From positions 28,849,428 to 28,913,427 of the forward strand of contig NC_068994.1 of NCBI RefSeq assembly GCF_001194135.2: 64,000 nt of DNA, read 5' to 3'. Of the stretch, positions 23,919 to 37,532 are shown piece after piece. A program made the position numbers and the translations under genes. Source of the stretch: Octopus bimaculoides. Its lineage: Eukaryota. The notes beneath the pieces are model-generated. The model worked only from the letters and a program-made list of their open reading frames with translations. It had not been told where the DNA came from and did not search any database. Position 1 is the first letter of the stretch. Each line of letters opens with the position of its first letter.

Positions 23919-24701
23919 NNNNNNNNNNCAAAATTACAGGTAAAAACTCAATTAAAATCAATTTATAAAAAATTTTAATTAAATTGAGCTTTACAGATAA
24001 AAATATATATAAAATATATAGTTTTAGGGAAAATAACCAAGTTTCAAGAACTCATCGATGAAAATCCACTATCACATATATTATACTCATTTATTGTGCT
24101 TTTAATTATTAATTTTTCTATATATATATATATATATACACATACACACACATACATACACACACAATGAACACAGAAAACCATGGTAGATAGTCAATAA
24201 CTACAAAAGCTCAGAGCAAAAGAAGTTTTTGTATTTTCTGGGCTGGTCATATTGTTGACATATCTTGTTTTAATGGTATCTATTGAAGGTCATTATGTTA
24301 ACGGATCTAATTTGCTTTGGGCCCCTATTTTCCATAGAATGTTATCTGAGAATGTTGGGTGGATTGTAGAGGAATATGTAACAGTTGCAATATTAGTCTT
24401 GATAAAATTGATTGTCACTTCCCACCTTCTACCAATGGAACTATTTTATGTCTTGGTAACAGAAATTGATTTCAAATACTCTGCTGTAACTGTTTGTTAA
24501 TTAGCTAAATGCTTTCAACCATCACCATCACCACCATCATCGTATTTTTGAGTGTTTACATTGAAATTTTATATGCAGACTTCAATTTCTTGGTACCTTC
24601 TTAAATGTGCTTCTTGTGTGTGTAGTTATGTGTATGTATTTATGGGAGTATATACATATATGTATTTATGTGTATATGTATGTATATATTATATGTATGT
24701 A

Positions 24702-24736
<35 letters not shown>

Positions 24737-26689
24737 GCCTACATATATGTATATATGTGATTCAGAAGTATCAGGCATTCTGCAAAATAATTTTTTATTT
24801 TGTTACAACTTTGTTTTTGTATCTTTTGCTAATATCTTGGTTACACACATACACACACACATTTTAGAAAAATATTATTAGCCAAAGATGAGAGAATAAT
24901 TGGCTCCAAAATGGCACAATCCATGTAGCCTCATTTATCACCAATTCATTAATCACTGATCTGGGATAATATGGTACATATTGCTCAATTGTGGACTGTA
25001 AAAGTGTGTTACACTGACCATCACAGTGCCCTGCTACCTAGAATGTACTGACTATTGCTTGTAGGTGCATGACTGGTGTGAGACTGCATTTTTTTTTAAT
25101 ATAGATTTACATACTCATAACTCATTAACATGTATGCCAGTGAACAGAAAATATACAAGGGCACCTGATCCTAAGTAATTATGCAGATGATGATCCAAAA
25201 ATACATGTGAATGGAAGCTGTTCTGCTGTGGGGTGAGTTTGATGTCAATCAATCTACCTTTCATTCCATTTCCAAAATACATAGAGATGATTCATATATC
25301 ACTGTTATTTTTTGGAACTAAATCCCCATGATAAATAGAGGATAGATGTATAACAGTAATCTTGTTCAGTTGCTTGTACATAGCTAGTTAAAGTGTTCAG
25401 TGCATTCCAGATTAGCTGTATAAATGGCAGGGCAGTGGATCCAGGGAAACCTGAGTTGTGGCATTTGATGAAGAGTGGACTAAGGTTGGGGTGTTTAGTG
25501 AATGGTGTGAGTAAAGGGTGTGGTGAGGAGGTGAGAAAGTGAGAGAGAGGGAAATGAGACATAACATTAGAAAGCTCAACTGGAATGCTTAACGGACTTT
25601 TGAAATGCCATGTATATTTATGTGTATACAGATAGATAGATAGATAGATAGATACATATGTATGTATATTTTTCTTGCCTGGAAAATGATAAATGGTGAG
25701 GTTTGGCGAGAGAAAGTACATCCAACCATAGAAAATTTGCCTCCATGAATTTTGCAAGGCATTCATGGGAAACTGTAAGTGAAAAAATATGAAAATCTCT
25801 ATGGTATCTAGTGTTAGGGTTGGTGTCATAATGAGTATCCAGCCATAAAACATGGCTTATAAATATCCAATCCAACCAATTACAGTATGTAAATTCCTAC
25901 ATGATGTCATTGACAAAGATATTGATATATTTGTATATCATCATCATTACTTTGTCTCCTTTCCATACTGGTATTTGTTAGATCATAACAGCCTAAGTTA
26001 ATCATTATTTAGTGTTCCTACCTTCAAAAATGTTTGGAGGATCATGTCTAGACCGTACATCCAGTTTTTGGCATGGTTACTATGGTTAGATACTCTTCCT
26101 ATCACCAACCACTTCACAGAGTGTTTTTATCATGGCACCACCACTAAAAAGTTTGCCAAGTCCTCAACAGAGTCAAAACTTTCTCTACTCATTCTTACTC
26201 TAGCTACTGTGCTTTTGGAACACTTATCTCCATTGCTAATTATGCCACATAGGTAACGGAAGTTATTAACTAGGGATCTTGGTCCTTATACTTATCGCCC
26301 CTGTGAATATATCACATGTATTTTAACCTCTGTTAGCATGTCTGTGATCTCACATTTTATGTGATCCTAGTTTATCCTGGGACACCATTTGAAATTGCTG
26401 CCTACTCCTTTTCTGCATATTGAATTCACCTATTTTCAGATGATATTGTATTCATGTTTTTTTTGTTTTTTTTTTTCTTACTCAAACTTAAGCCTTTGCT
26501 TGGCTTACTTTGAGATTTCTCAATTGTAAGCTTTGTTTCCATGTCTAGAATTTCTTCTTCAAATACTGTTCAGGTTTATATCAAGATGGTGTACCATTGA
26601 TGCTCTCTTCCTAATGAGACACAAGAGAAGTTTTTTTTAGTAGTGATTGATCCATACTCTGTAGTCTGATGCTTTGCTCAGAAAACTGG

Positions 26690-27630
26690 ATGGAGATGAA
26701 TGACTTGTGATACTCATGCAAGCCCTATACAAAGGTGTTGTCAGCGAGGTGAGAGTTGGCAATGAGTTCAGTGGGGAATTATTGTGCTGGTAATGCATAG
26801 ATCAGGGCTCAGTTTTCAGTTTTTCTCCTCTTTATTATAGCTCTGCAGGCCATAACAAAAGAGTTAAAGTCCAGCTGTCTATGAGTGTTGATGACCTAGT
26901 TGTCAAAACTGAATCTCTTGAAGATTCAGAAAAATTCCAAATGTGAAAGCATTTGTAGCAAAGAGTAAAGTTTTAGTTTGGAGAAAAGAAAACATGACTG
27001 CTGCCTTCTGAAAAGTTGTCATGCTTGATCTGCAGAAAAGCAGCCTAAATTCTGGCTGCATGAGCTGTAGTGGGATCGCAAGCAGGCTGACAGAGAAAGC
27101 TGACTTTGTAAAGTGTCAGGTACACAAGAGTAATCAGTAGTTAGACCTGTGAAATATATATTTTTTTCAAATACCCAAGAGGTTGTATAATAGTAGAGCT
27201 TGGTTATGGGAGATGGGTGTTCTGAAAGCACAGCAGGCAAAATAAGTGTAGATTTAAAAAAAAAAAAATTTTTTTTTAAATGAAATGAATTATTACTTCT
27301 GTTCGCAATAAGGAGATATGCTTATGTAAGGGTTAGATAGATGCTTGTGCGCAAAGTGCAGTGTTGCATTGTAGCAAGACATGAATATTGAATGTGGAGG
27401 ATATGTAATGGAATGGGTGGACATGCTCTACTGTATGTGTAAATGTGAGTGTGCATGAATGCGTGAGCAAAGAAGAAAAAAAATGGTTACAAGAATATTC
27501 TGATGTAGTGTGCAAGAGAGAAGACTGAGCTGGATATATGATATGTGATGTATACGGAAGGTGACAGTTGTGTAAAGAAATGTGAAGTGATGCAAACAGA
27601 AGGACGAAAACCAAGAAAGGATGCTGAGCT
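26690..27630 (+). mobile_element. Decayed RTE-type LINE RT/3' fragment
   Basis: DQGSVFS, VDDLVVKTES (QGSVLS and YADD motifs), AKSKVLV, a Cys-rich segment and an LSW(Y)-like motif, in the order expected for RTE ORF2. Confidence 0.65.
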
Positions 27631-27779
27631 TTAATGAAAGTGATAAGTGACTGACAAATTATTTTGGAGAATACGATTGTAACACATGCAAACTCTGGAT
27701 GGAAAAGTAATGAAGATGTGTGTTTGTGTCTGTGTCGATGTCTTTGTTCATGTTTTCTGGTGTAAAACCAGTGTTTTCC

Positions 27780-28250
27780 CTAGAAAATAAAATAAAAACG
27801 AACTTGTCTATTCGATAAATTAGATCGATAAAAATACCAGACTGAAATAAGAAATGAGTCGATATGATCGACAATAAATGTTTGAAGACAATGCCCCACC
27901 AGCAATAATCGCAGTCCAGTACGTGAAACCAGTAAACCAAATAGTGAAATAAATAATCAGTATTTTTGCACAAAACATGTAGACGAATATATTTTTGTAT
28001 TTTGATTATTAAATATCTTTCTTTTCCCAAATTATCTCATTAAAAAAAATTCTCCTTTGAGATTCGTTTGAATTTTCTATTTGAACTTATGACGATATTG
28101 TTTTGTGTTGTTGTTGTTACGACACACACACACACACGTCTCTTTAATAACCCTTTTGTCCCGTCGTACCTTTCGTCTCCTGCTTTCAACGTCCTTTACG
28201 ATTAACATTATCTTTCTCCCTAATTTCTACTAATCTTTCGAATATACGTT
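27780..28250 (+). promoter_or_regulatory. Putative promoter/first exon of the zinc-finger gene
   Basis: Abrupt onset of CpG-retaining sequence, three TCGATA hexamers (27812, 27825, 27859), and possible donors GTACGT (27919) or GTAAAC (27932). Confidence 0.4.
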
Positions 28251-29394
28251 TCTCTCTCTCTCTCTCTCTTTTTTTGTCTGTAACAAACTCTGTCTCATAT
28301 CTTTCTATTTGTTGTATCTGTCTCATTATATTTGTTGATGTTACTGGCGGTGGTGGTGTTAATGGTAGAGGGAAGCTTTCAGTTACATACAGACAATAAC
28401 AATATCTCTCTCACTGTACGAGCACTTCTCATTTGTTTTAGTTCTTCCTCTGTATACAACACATGTACCATGTTGATGGCATATGGGGCGATTGTTTGAC
28501 TCCCTTTTCTTTTCTTCCTCCTTTCCCTCTCTTTCAAAGCACATGTACTCTAGTCTTTGCATGCGGAGCAGTTGATTGTAAATCTAAATATCTCTCTCTC
28601 CCCTCTCGTTGTCACAGGCACTTATCAGTTTTCATAAGGTTTGTATTAAGATCTCTCTCTCTCTCCCCACATGTACTGTTACGCTCACACTTCACGCTCT
28701 CTTTCTCATTGCCATCATTATTCGCTGCTATATTGGTGGCGGTGGTGATAACAAATGTTGCTGTTCCTGCTTAACCCCAGGTCAGCTACGATTGAGAAGG
28801 CCTATAGATTGAAGGCATTCCAGCTTTGACCGTTCCGTCCACGTATAGTTATATATCTAAATTAATATTATCGATGTGCCCTTCGCATTTCTTAAGAGAG
28901 TAAGGTATAAGTAGAATGAGATTTTACTGTTATTTCTAGCGATTCGTGCAACCACGAGAGAGAACTCTTTCTCCCGCTTTCACATTTGAAATCGCCTATT
29001 GGTGAACTCTCTAAATTTTCATATCTAAAAAGACTAATAATAAAATTGATAATAATAATAATAATAACAAGACGGTTTAAACTGTATTTTAAGTTTCATA
29101 CATCTGTAATCATAAACTTACAGGTTCTTTATTTTTCCAGCGAAAACTCCCCCTCTCCCTTCACTCACAGGTTTATGTTTTTGCAAGTCGTCCCTGGGGT
29201 GTTAAAAAGATCCCCACGTCTGGAGGCATCATAAGGGTGAGTTAGGGTAAACTGTTTTTATGAAAGTGAAAAGAGAAAAAGAAAGCAATCTAAAAACGTT
29301 GTCTACTAAGGATATCCCAGCCGCGATGACCATCGTGTTTTTGTCGAAGGTATAGTGTATTCAAGATTTAATTATCGAGTGTGTCCTTTTTTTT

Positions 29395-29720
29395 TCTTTT
29401 TACTTGATTCAGTTATTTGACTGCGGCCATGCTAAAGCACCGCCTTTAGTCGAGCAAATCGACCCCAGGACTTATTCTTTGTAAGCCTAGTACTTATTCT
29501 ATCGGTCACTTTTGCCGAACCACTAAGTTACGGGGAAGTAAACATGCCAGCTTCGGTTGTCAAGCGATGTTGTGGGGACAAACACAGACATAAACACACA
29601 CACACGTATATACATGACTGGCTTCTTTCAGTTTCCGTCTTCCAAATCCACTCACAAGGCTTTGGTCTGAACCCGGAACCATGTGGTTGGTAAGCGAGCT
29701 ACTTACCACACAACCACTCC
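29395..29720 (-). mobile_element. SINE family A copy with CpGs retained
   Basis: CTGCGGCCATGC..CGCCTTTAGTCGAGCAAATCGACCCC..TCTATCGGTC..GCCGAACC..., with the head at about 29660-29720. Confidence 0.85.
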
Positions 29721-30280
29721 TGGTAGAGTGTAATTTGAGGGAGATTTAACTACTATTTCTGACCATATAGAAGTCCTTTATCGATGGTGTTTAAAGCTGT
29801 GGCGGTAATAGTGGTTGGATAGTAGGGAGTTGTTTATGACTATAGATTGTGTGATTGTTGTCGTTTTGCGCCAAATCAGCTCTGATTAAACAAACTGATA
29901 AAGTAAACATTCCAACTGTGTATTTACTACTTGGACAAGTATTTAGTTCTTTTGCTTTTTTGTTTTTTTAAGATGGTAGAGTTGAAATTTGAAGAAGAGT
30001 TGACTGTTATTTTTAGTAGGTCGAGCGAGTGTGTTGGGGAGTGGTGTTGCTGTTTCCCGTGTAGCTTTGTTAGTTTATTTTGTGTTCAATAACTTCAGTC
30101 ACTATCGATCAGGTTGTTGTTCGTGATGATAATTGTTAATTGACTGTGGTGAATGTGGTGATTCTAGTCGTGTCGTGATGATGGTGGTACGACGATGATT
30201 ATGTAATCGATATTGTTGAAGATGATGGTAGTGGTAGTGATGGTTCAATAACCTAAACTCGGTCTTCTGTTATTTTTCAG

Positions 30281-30360
30281 TTTCACAATGTAAACATTAT
30301 TTCTCCATCGTTAGATTTCGATATTCGATCATCTAGCTTTGTTCTCAAGAATGCTCTTCT
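30281..30360 (+). other. Candidate 80-nt 5'UTR exon
   Basis: Acceptor TCTTCTGTTATTTTTCAG| and donor CT|GTAAGT. Contains ATG-TAA at 30288-30293. Confidence 0.45.
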
Positions 30361-30741
30361 GTAAGTTTTTATGTAAGGTTAATGTGTGATGTTTGTGTCA
30401 GGTATGTGTGTTTTTTATGTATGTTTATGTAAATGTGTGCTGTTTGTGTAATGTACGTAACTGGGATAATGTGTATATGTTTGTGCAATGTGTGTGTTGT
30501 TTGGAATTGATGTGTGTGAACATGTTTGTAATTATGTAATGTATGTGCCTATGTAGTTAAAGTTCATTGAACAGATATCATAAGACAGTGGAATTACTAT
30601 AAGAAATATGATATGTATTTGTGAATGCGTAATATTATCTTGGTACATTGAGTACGACTATATAATATTAGAATGAACGGTGTGTTTTGGAGTGCTGTAT
30701 GTATGTGTATGTGTGTATATAGATAGATAGATAGATTTATA

Positions 30742-30838
<97 letters not shown>

Positions 30839-31329
30839 TCATATGCATATATATTTACATGCATAAATGCATATACACATAAACACACATATAGACATGT
30901 ATGTATATATAACATACATCCACTAGTGAGAACCCATGGAAAATCCTGATAAATATTCTGTTTTATAGTTAGTACTTGTGCAAAACTATTGATTGTGGTT
31001 AATTAAATACGTTTCTCTTTATCATTAGTGAATAATAAGCGCACGCACACACACACACACACACACACAGAGTTAAATAAGTATATTTAACTTTATTTAA
31101 TTATTGGAATACTGAGTAGAAGTGGTCTAAGAATTCCACTAAGTAGATAACTGTTAGTGATTCCATGAAATACTGTTACAGTCAGTGATTTTGCAGCTCA
31201 GTATTTTCTTTAATTTTAAGCATAGTGAAAGTACCATATTAGCCTAATTGCACGTCGGGGTGGAGTGAGAGTAGAAATGGAGACACTGCTAGGTTTTTTA
31301 TTCAATGTATATTTAATGAGTTCATATTG

Positions 31330-31750
31330 GATGAAACTGTGTGTTATATATAGGTGTAGGTGTGGCCGTGTGGTAAGAAGCTTGCTTCTCAACCATATGG
31401 CTCCAGGTTCAGTCCTGCTTGTGGCACTTTGGGCAAATGTCTTCTACTATATCCTTGGGCCGACCAAAGCCTTGCAAGTGGATTTGGTGAACGGAAACTT
31501 TAAAAAAGCCCATCGTATATATTGCGTGTGTATATGTGTGTCTTTGTCTGTTCCCCCCCCCCACTACTGTTTGACAATTGATGTTAGTATGTTTGCATCC
31601 CTGTAACTTAGTGTTTCGTCAAAAGAGTGTGATGGAACAAATACCAAGCTTCAAAACAAAACAAAAAAAATGTTCTGGAGTTGATTCATTTGACTAAAAA
31701 TTCTTTGAAGCAGTTCCCCAGCGTGACCAGTCTAATTTAATGCCTGAAAC
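31330..31750 (+). mobile_element. SINE family A copy
   Basis: Head GGCCGTGTGGTAAGAAGC..GGTTCAGTCC, body and tail. Confidence 0.85.
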
Positions 31751-31939
31751 AAGTAAAAAATAAAAGATACCATATTTGGTGTATGCAATGCACATCCCCT
31801 TCCCCTCACCAAAAAAATGTCTTAAGAAGTCGTTATGGGTCCTGTGTGCAAAATTGAGCCTCCCATAAGTGCTTTTCCTTGAATATGCTCTTATGAAATT
31901 GAGGTGCATCTAATATACCTGTGTGTATACAACTGGTGT

Positions 31940-32200
31940 GTATTTAGATGTGTGTTCCAAAGATGCCAGTTATCCTGTTTAGAGTGAGGACCATGCACTG
32001 CAACAGCTCGGGATTCAAGGGCCCATAACTATTTAATGCTTTGTCAAAACAGCTGAAGGATCTTCATGAAGAAGGGGTAGATGTTTTCAAGAAACAGCTT
32101 GACCTACTGTTGTCCAAGATCTCAGATGAACTTACATCATGGTAAAAAAACTCAAAAGAGAGCAGCAATGTTGAACCCCTTCCTTCACCAAATGCCAATT
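31940..32200 (+). mobile_element. CR1/L2-group LINE ORF2 3' end
   Basis: MHCNSSGFKGP*LFNALSKQLKDL..VDVFKKQLDLLLSKISDE, matching the GPxLFNxLP...FKxxLDxxLxxIPD terminus. Confidence 0.7.
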
Positions 32201-35200
32201 GCATAAGAATGGCCATCGAAAAGGTGATTACACTGGCTGTGCCCCAGCATGGTCACAGCTGAAAGAATAAAAGAATATAAAGGAACAGTGATGTAAAGAG
32301 ACCTTTTTAGTTTTATCAGGAGCAACCTCTCTGGTGTCAGTAGGACGATACATTGCACTCAAATAGAGATAGGAAGACCATCCAACAGTAAAAATCATAC
32401 CCCCCTCCAAAAAAAAAAGGCTGATGCTCACAATAACAGACATTGGTGCTTGGCCTAGTGGTTAGGGTGTTGCACTCATGATCACAAGATCATGGTTTCA
32501 ATTCCTGGACTAGGCTAGGCATTGTGGTCTTGAGCAAAACACTTCAGTTCACATTGCTCCAATCCATTCAGCTATAAATGGGTCACCCAGCAATGGACTG
32601 GCATCTCCTTCACAGAAAATGTGGTACTCTCGGTCACTTATATGCTATGGAAACCAGATAACTAGCCTTATGAATCCTAGGACTCGAAGTAGTAATGTTC
32701 CTCCCTGGAACATCAACCTTCAGGAATTGTCTTTCTGTTTGTGTTTTTCTTGCAAGTGTTGATCTGCAACAAGTTTAAAGGCAACATTAATGGCATTGAG
32801 GTTACTGGTCTTGAAGTGCCCTGCAGAGTTCAAGGACACTGCCCTGCCACTCTCTAGATTCAGCAAGCAAAAAGAAAAAAAATCTAATCATTAATGATGC
32901 TTTTCTGCTGCTATAGATTTCTCTCATTTGGGAGGTGGTGGTCGTGGGTGCTTAATTTGTAATCATTTGATGGTGTAACTGCTATCTATTTTCTTTTATC
33001 CTTCACTTATTTCAGTTATTAGACTGTGGCTTTATTGGAGCACCACGTTGAAAGATTTTACTCAAACAAACTGACTCCAGTACTTACATATTTTTTAAGT
33101 TTGGTATTTATTTTATTGGTCTTCCTTGCAGAAACTACTAAGTTACAGGGATGTAAACAAACCAACATCAGCAGGGGTGACAAAGGCACATGTGTGTGAG
33201 TGTGTGTATAGGACTGGCACAAGGAAATACAGGGCCCAATTAGAGAATTGTCAGTGGGACCTCTACTCTACAGAAGCTGAAGATTGATGTTTTATGCTTT
33301 GTCTAGTATGCCAGTATCAGCCAAAAGGCATTAACCACAATGATATACTAAAAATTCATCATAGTGTCCTCTGCTCAAGCATATGCACACGGCCCAATTT
33401 GAACAAATCTGTCTAATTATATATGTATAGACACACACACACACACACAGAGTTATACACATGTTACATGTATGTACATGCACACGCGCGAATATGTGTA
33501 TTCAATCTATGCCAGAATGGAAAATGGATGTTAAATGATGATGAATATGAAACAAATGAAAACTGGAGTTGTTATTTTATACTCTGCAACTGAAAGTTTG
33601 TGCAAAACTAATGTTTCTGCTGGAGGAATTTCTTTTCTACACCTTTGGATAGCCAGGTGTTTGCAGGAGTGCTATCTGGATTCCTGGATCTCTTCTTACT
33701 TACTCTACACACACACACCTTTTTCTTTGTTCAGATCTCTTTTTCTAGAGATATTAGTCACTGTACTGGAATTTACCACTGGACCAATATATGCCATTTA
33801 GCAGACAGAATGTGATCCAGTATAAGGTTTCAGTATCAAATTGCGACTTATAGACTCCTATCCTTTCCAAAGGACCTATGAGTTCTCTTTTTTTCACTTC
33901 TGGACTGGAAATAACCTGCAACTGTCTAAGGTCCATATATGTGTGACTGTTGTTAATACACTTTATAACTAAAGGGTCAGCAATTCATATTCCAACACCA
34001 TTACTGTGTTTATGTCTATGGCCAAGATACTTTCTCAGTCTATACAGTGGCATAGTTCACCATTGAAAGTAATAATTAGCTGTGTTGATCTGAATTCAAA
34101 TCCTACATTTTGTTTGTCTGTAGCTTGTTTCCCAACAATTTAATTTTAGGTTCAGTCCCACTGTACAATACCATGTGCAAGTGTCTTCTGCTACACCTGA
34201 GCCAACTAAAGCCTTGTGGGTAGATTTGTTAGACAGAAGCTGAAGGAAGTCATGTTTGCATGTATCCTTGTCTTGACGTGATGGTTGTAAAGGAACATTA
34301 CAGTCATACAAATGATGTTTGCTCTAACATGTAAATCACGTGTTCGTAATCTCAAAGCAACAAGATTACACAGAACTAACTTTAAAAAATGTGGATAAAT
34401 GAGCATTTCATTTGACAAAGTAATCTGAATGCTAAAGGGTTAATAGAGTCCACTCTGTTGTCACTCAGTTTAACACCATCAGCTAGTCCTTGGGTACCTT
34501 TTATGGAGTCCTCTGTTGTCACCTAAACATCACCATGAAGTTCTTCCATGATTAATAGTATCTATTCTGTTACAAGTATTCAGGCTAGGTCACTAATCTT
34601 TCTCCCACCAGTCTTATAAGTGTCGTCCTTCATCTTGTGATTCAGTTATTTAAAAAAATAAATGCTTTGTATTTTTGAGTTCAAATCCTTCTGATGTTGA
34701 CTTCATCTTTGATCACTGTCGTTGTTGTTTTTGTACTTTGATCCAAGTTCAACTTCTGATCTTGCAGACCTAGGATCACAGACATTCCAACCATAATCAT
34801 GCCAATTTTTATGAGGTTATCTAAGACTACATTATCTAATGTCCTTCCCTTCTTTTTCAGGATGGCAGGGTGTGATTTGAGAGAGATGTAGCTGTTAGTT
34901 CTAACAAGTGACCGTATAAAGGCTTCCTCAATAGTCTATAATAAAAGTCCCAAAGGGTATGTCAGTTGGGAGTTGAATCCATTTGGAAGGCTGCTATGTT
35001 GACCATTATACCACTGACATACCAGTTGTATTGGTATTAGATAAGTGATTGACCTTATTCAATATTTAGTAGATTGACCTTATTCAATATTTAGTAGATT
35101 GGACTGTGTGTGTGAAGGTACGTGGCCCAGTGGTTTGGATGTTAGACTTGTGATTGCAAGATTGTGATTTTGATTCCCAGACTGAGCAGTGCATTATTCT

Positions 35201-35564
35201 TGAGTGAAACACTTCCCTTCATGTTGCTCCAATCCGCTCAGTTGTAAATGAGTAACCCTGCAATGGACTGACATCCTACTCAGAAGTAATGTTGTTATCT
35301 CAGTCACTTATACACTAAGGAAACTAGGTAACCAGCACTATGAGTCCTGGGCCTCAAGACAGTACTTACCCCTTTACATTCCGATTTCAAATCCCATTGA
35401 TATCACCTTTGCCTTTCATCCTTCCAGAAGTCAATAAAATAAAGTATCAGTTAAATAGTGAGGTTAATGTAGTTGCACCCTCCCTTCATATGCAATGCTC
35501 TGTGCCTTAAATTTGGTGGCAGGAAAATAGGTCTTTAAATTATTATATACTTACAACTAAGGTG

Positions 35565-35775
35565 GCAAGCTGGTAGAATTATTAACACACCTGGCAAAAT
35601 GCTTAGTGGCATTTTGTCTGTCTTCATGTTCTGGATTCAAATGTCACCGGGATCGACTTTGCCTTCCATTTTTTTTTTATCAATAATATAAGTACCAATT
35701 GAGCAGCTGGAGTTGATTTAATCAACTTAGCCCCTCCTTCGAAATTGCTGGCCTTGTGCCAAAATTTGGAACCAG
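35565..35775 (+). mobile_element. tRNA-derived SINE (family C); further copies at 57975-58130 and 58200-58315
   Basis: GCAAGCTGGTAGAAT..TTAA/GCAC..GGCAAAATGCTTAG..TTCAAAT..GACTTTGCCTT..AAGTACCA is shared among the copies. Confidence 0.75.
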
Positions 35776-36214
35776 TATTTACTTACAACCTTTTTTGTTC
35801 TGATTTCAAATCTCCCTGATGTTGACTTTGCCTTTACTCCTTCCCTTATGCTTGAGTTGATAAAATAGGTACCAGTGAAATACTGGGGTAAATTCTGTTA
35901 TATCTGTTTCTTAAAATCATTAGAACTGGTTATTCGATGGCAGGTCAGATTGTTACAGTTTGGTAGGAAGTTATTTGAACTGTTTTAAATTGTTCTAAGT
36001 TTGGTGCTTTGTTCTAAGATCATTTCCACCTAAGGTTCATTGATTTGGTTTTATTGTATTGAGTTTTTTTGTGATGAAAACAGTAAGCTCCTGTAATACT
36101 CTGGTGTTGTTTCAGTGGACAATAGTTTTTTGTTTTGTTTTATATATCTCTTTTTCAAAAATTGATCCTGTTACTGATCCAAATAAATCATTTTTGGTAG
36201 CACTAGTGCAAAAC

Positions 36215-36600
36215 TACTACTACTACTACTACCACCACCACCACTACCTATACTATTATTGTTACAACTACTACTACTACTACTGGCACTACTATTCTAG
36301 CATTATAACAACAACAACAACTACTACTACTACTACTACCACCACCGGTACTGCTATTGTAACAACAACCAATACCATCTCCAAGAACAACTGTTACTAT
36401 AATTTTAGTACAATATTTATTAATGTTTCTTCTAGTCTGTTTACTACTACTACTACCACCATCTCTACCGTGACTGAAATTACGACCACCACAACTACTA
36501 TAACCCCTACAACCACCACTACCATTACTGCTATCACTCTTACGGCCACCACCACCAACACTACAACTATCACCCCTACAATTACCACTTCCACTACAAC
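36215..36600. repeat. Degenerate (ACT/ACC/ACA)n trinucleotide tract
   Basis: Direct reading; it explains the Thr-rich ORF. Confidence 0.9.
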
Positions 36601-36878
36601 ACTGCTGCTGTATCATTGGTGTAGACATGCTGCTGTTTGTTTTTAATAAAATGCTATGTAGTCAATCAATATTGTCAGATGCTCTATATTAAAATCAACA
36701 TTCTTCATATTAAATCAATATTGTAACATACAATGTTATATATTAAATCAATATCTTTGTGGTGAATGGTGTTACACATAGTGGAGGTAAGCTTTCAGGG
36801 AACCAAGTCTGCGACCTGGTTTTCATTCCTCCTACAAGATGTTGCACTTAATTTCATCCATGCCTCTGTTGCTCTTTA

Positions 36879-37125
36879 GAAAGTCATGAATACCACAACC
36901 TCACATTTCCCATCCTCAAGTTTTATATCTTATAAGCAATCTTTATATATTACGTCAAATTAACGGAATTGTACTTGTGAAAGGCATGAATACCTTAACT
37001 TCACATATCCCATGTTCTTAATGAATCTGAGGTTTTATATTTTTTAAGCAATCTTTAGTTATTAAGTCAAACTAACACAGTTGCATTTGGGAAAGGCATG
37101 AATATCTCAAACTCTAATTTCCTTT
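36879..37125. repeat. Diverged tandem repeat, ~100-112-bp unit, about 2.3 copies
   Basis: GAAAG(T/G)CATGAATA at 36879, 36979 and 37091. Shared internal AAGCAATCTTTA and GTCAAA.TAAC in the first two units. Confidence 0.8.
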
Positions 37126-37480
37126 TGTCTAAAATGTAAGACTCTATACTTAGTTCAAAAGAACCCAACACTATTGTGGAGTGTTGTGTAGTGTGGAGAG
37201 GGTTAAAACTGCAAAATTTTGGAATAAATTCATTTACCAAAGTTTGATTCATCTCACTTGGCAGAGTCACTCTTTATTTTTCATGTCATTTGTAGTTAAT
37301 AAGTACCAGTACTTGAGTTGTTTCCTAGATTCTTACAAAATTGGCGTTTGTAACTAATCAAAGAAATCAATATTGTGAATTGGTATGTTATCATAATCAA
37401 TAAATTTGGCAAATCCTATAAAAATGTGAAACACCAAACATCATATTTCAAAGCAGAATCTCTCTCTCTCTCCCTTTCTC

Positions 37481-37532
<52 letters not shown>

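Noticed and set aside
33560-33960. Possible GIY-YIG remnant (GVYK...AYIG across frames)
   Set aside because: Requires multiple frameshifts; too weak to call by eye.
35047-35101. 25-bp direct repeat, superficially CRISPR-like
   Set aside because: Two adjacent copies with no spacer; simple tandem duplication in eukaryotic DNA.
36059-36646. 195-aa Tyr/Thr-rich mucin-like ORF
   Set aside because: It is a degenerate ACT/ACC/ACA trinucleotide tract that is open in several frames on both strands; no domain or splice support.
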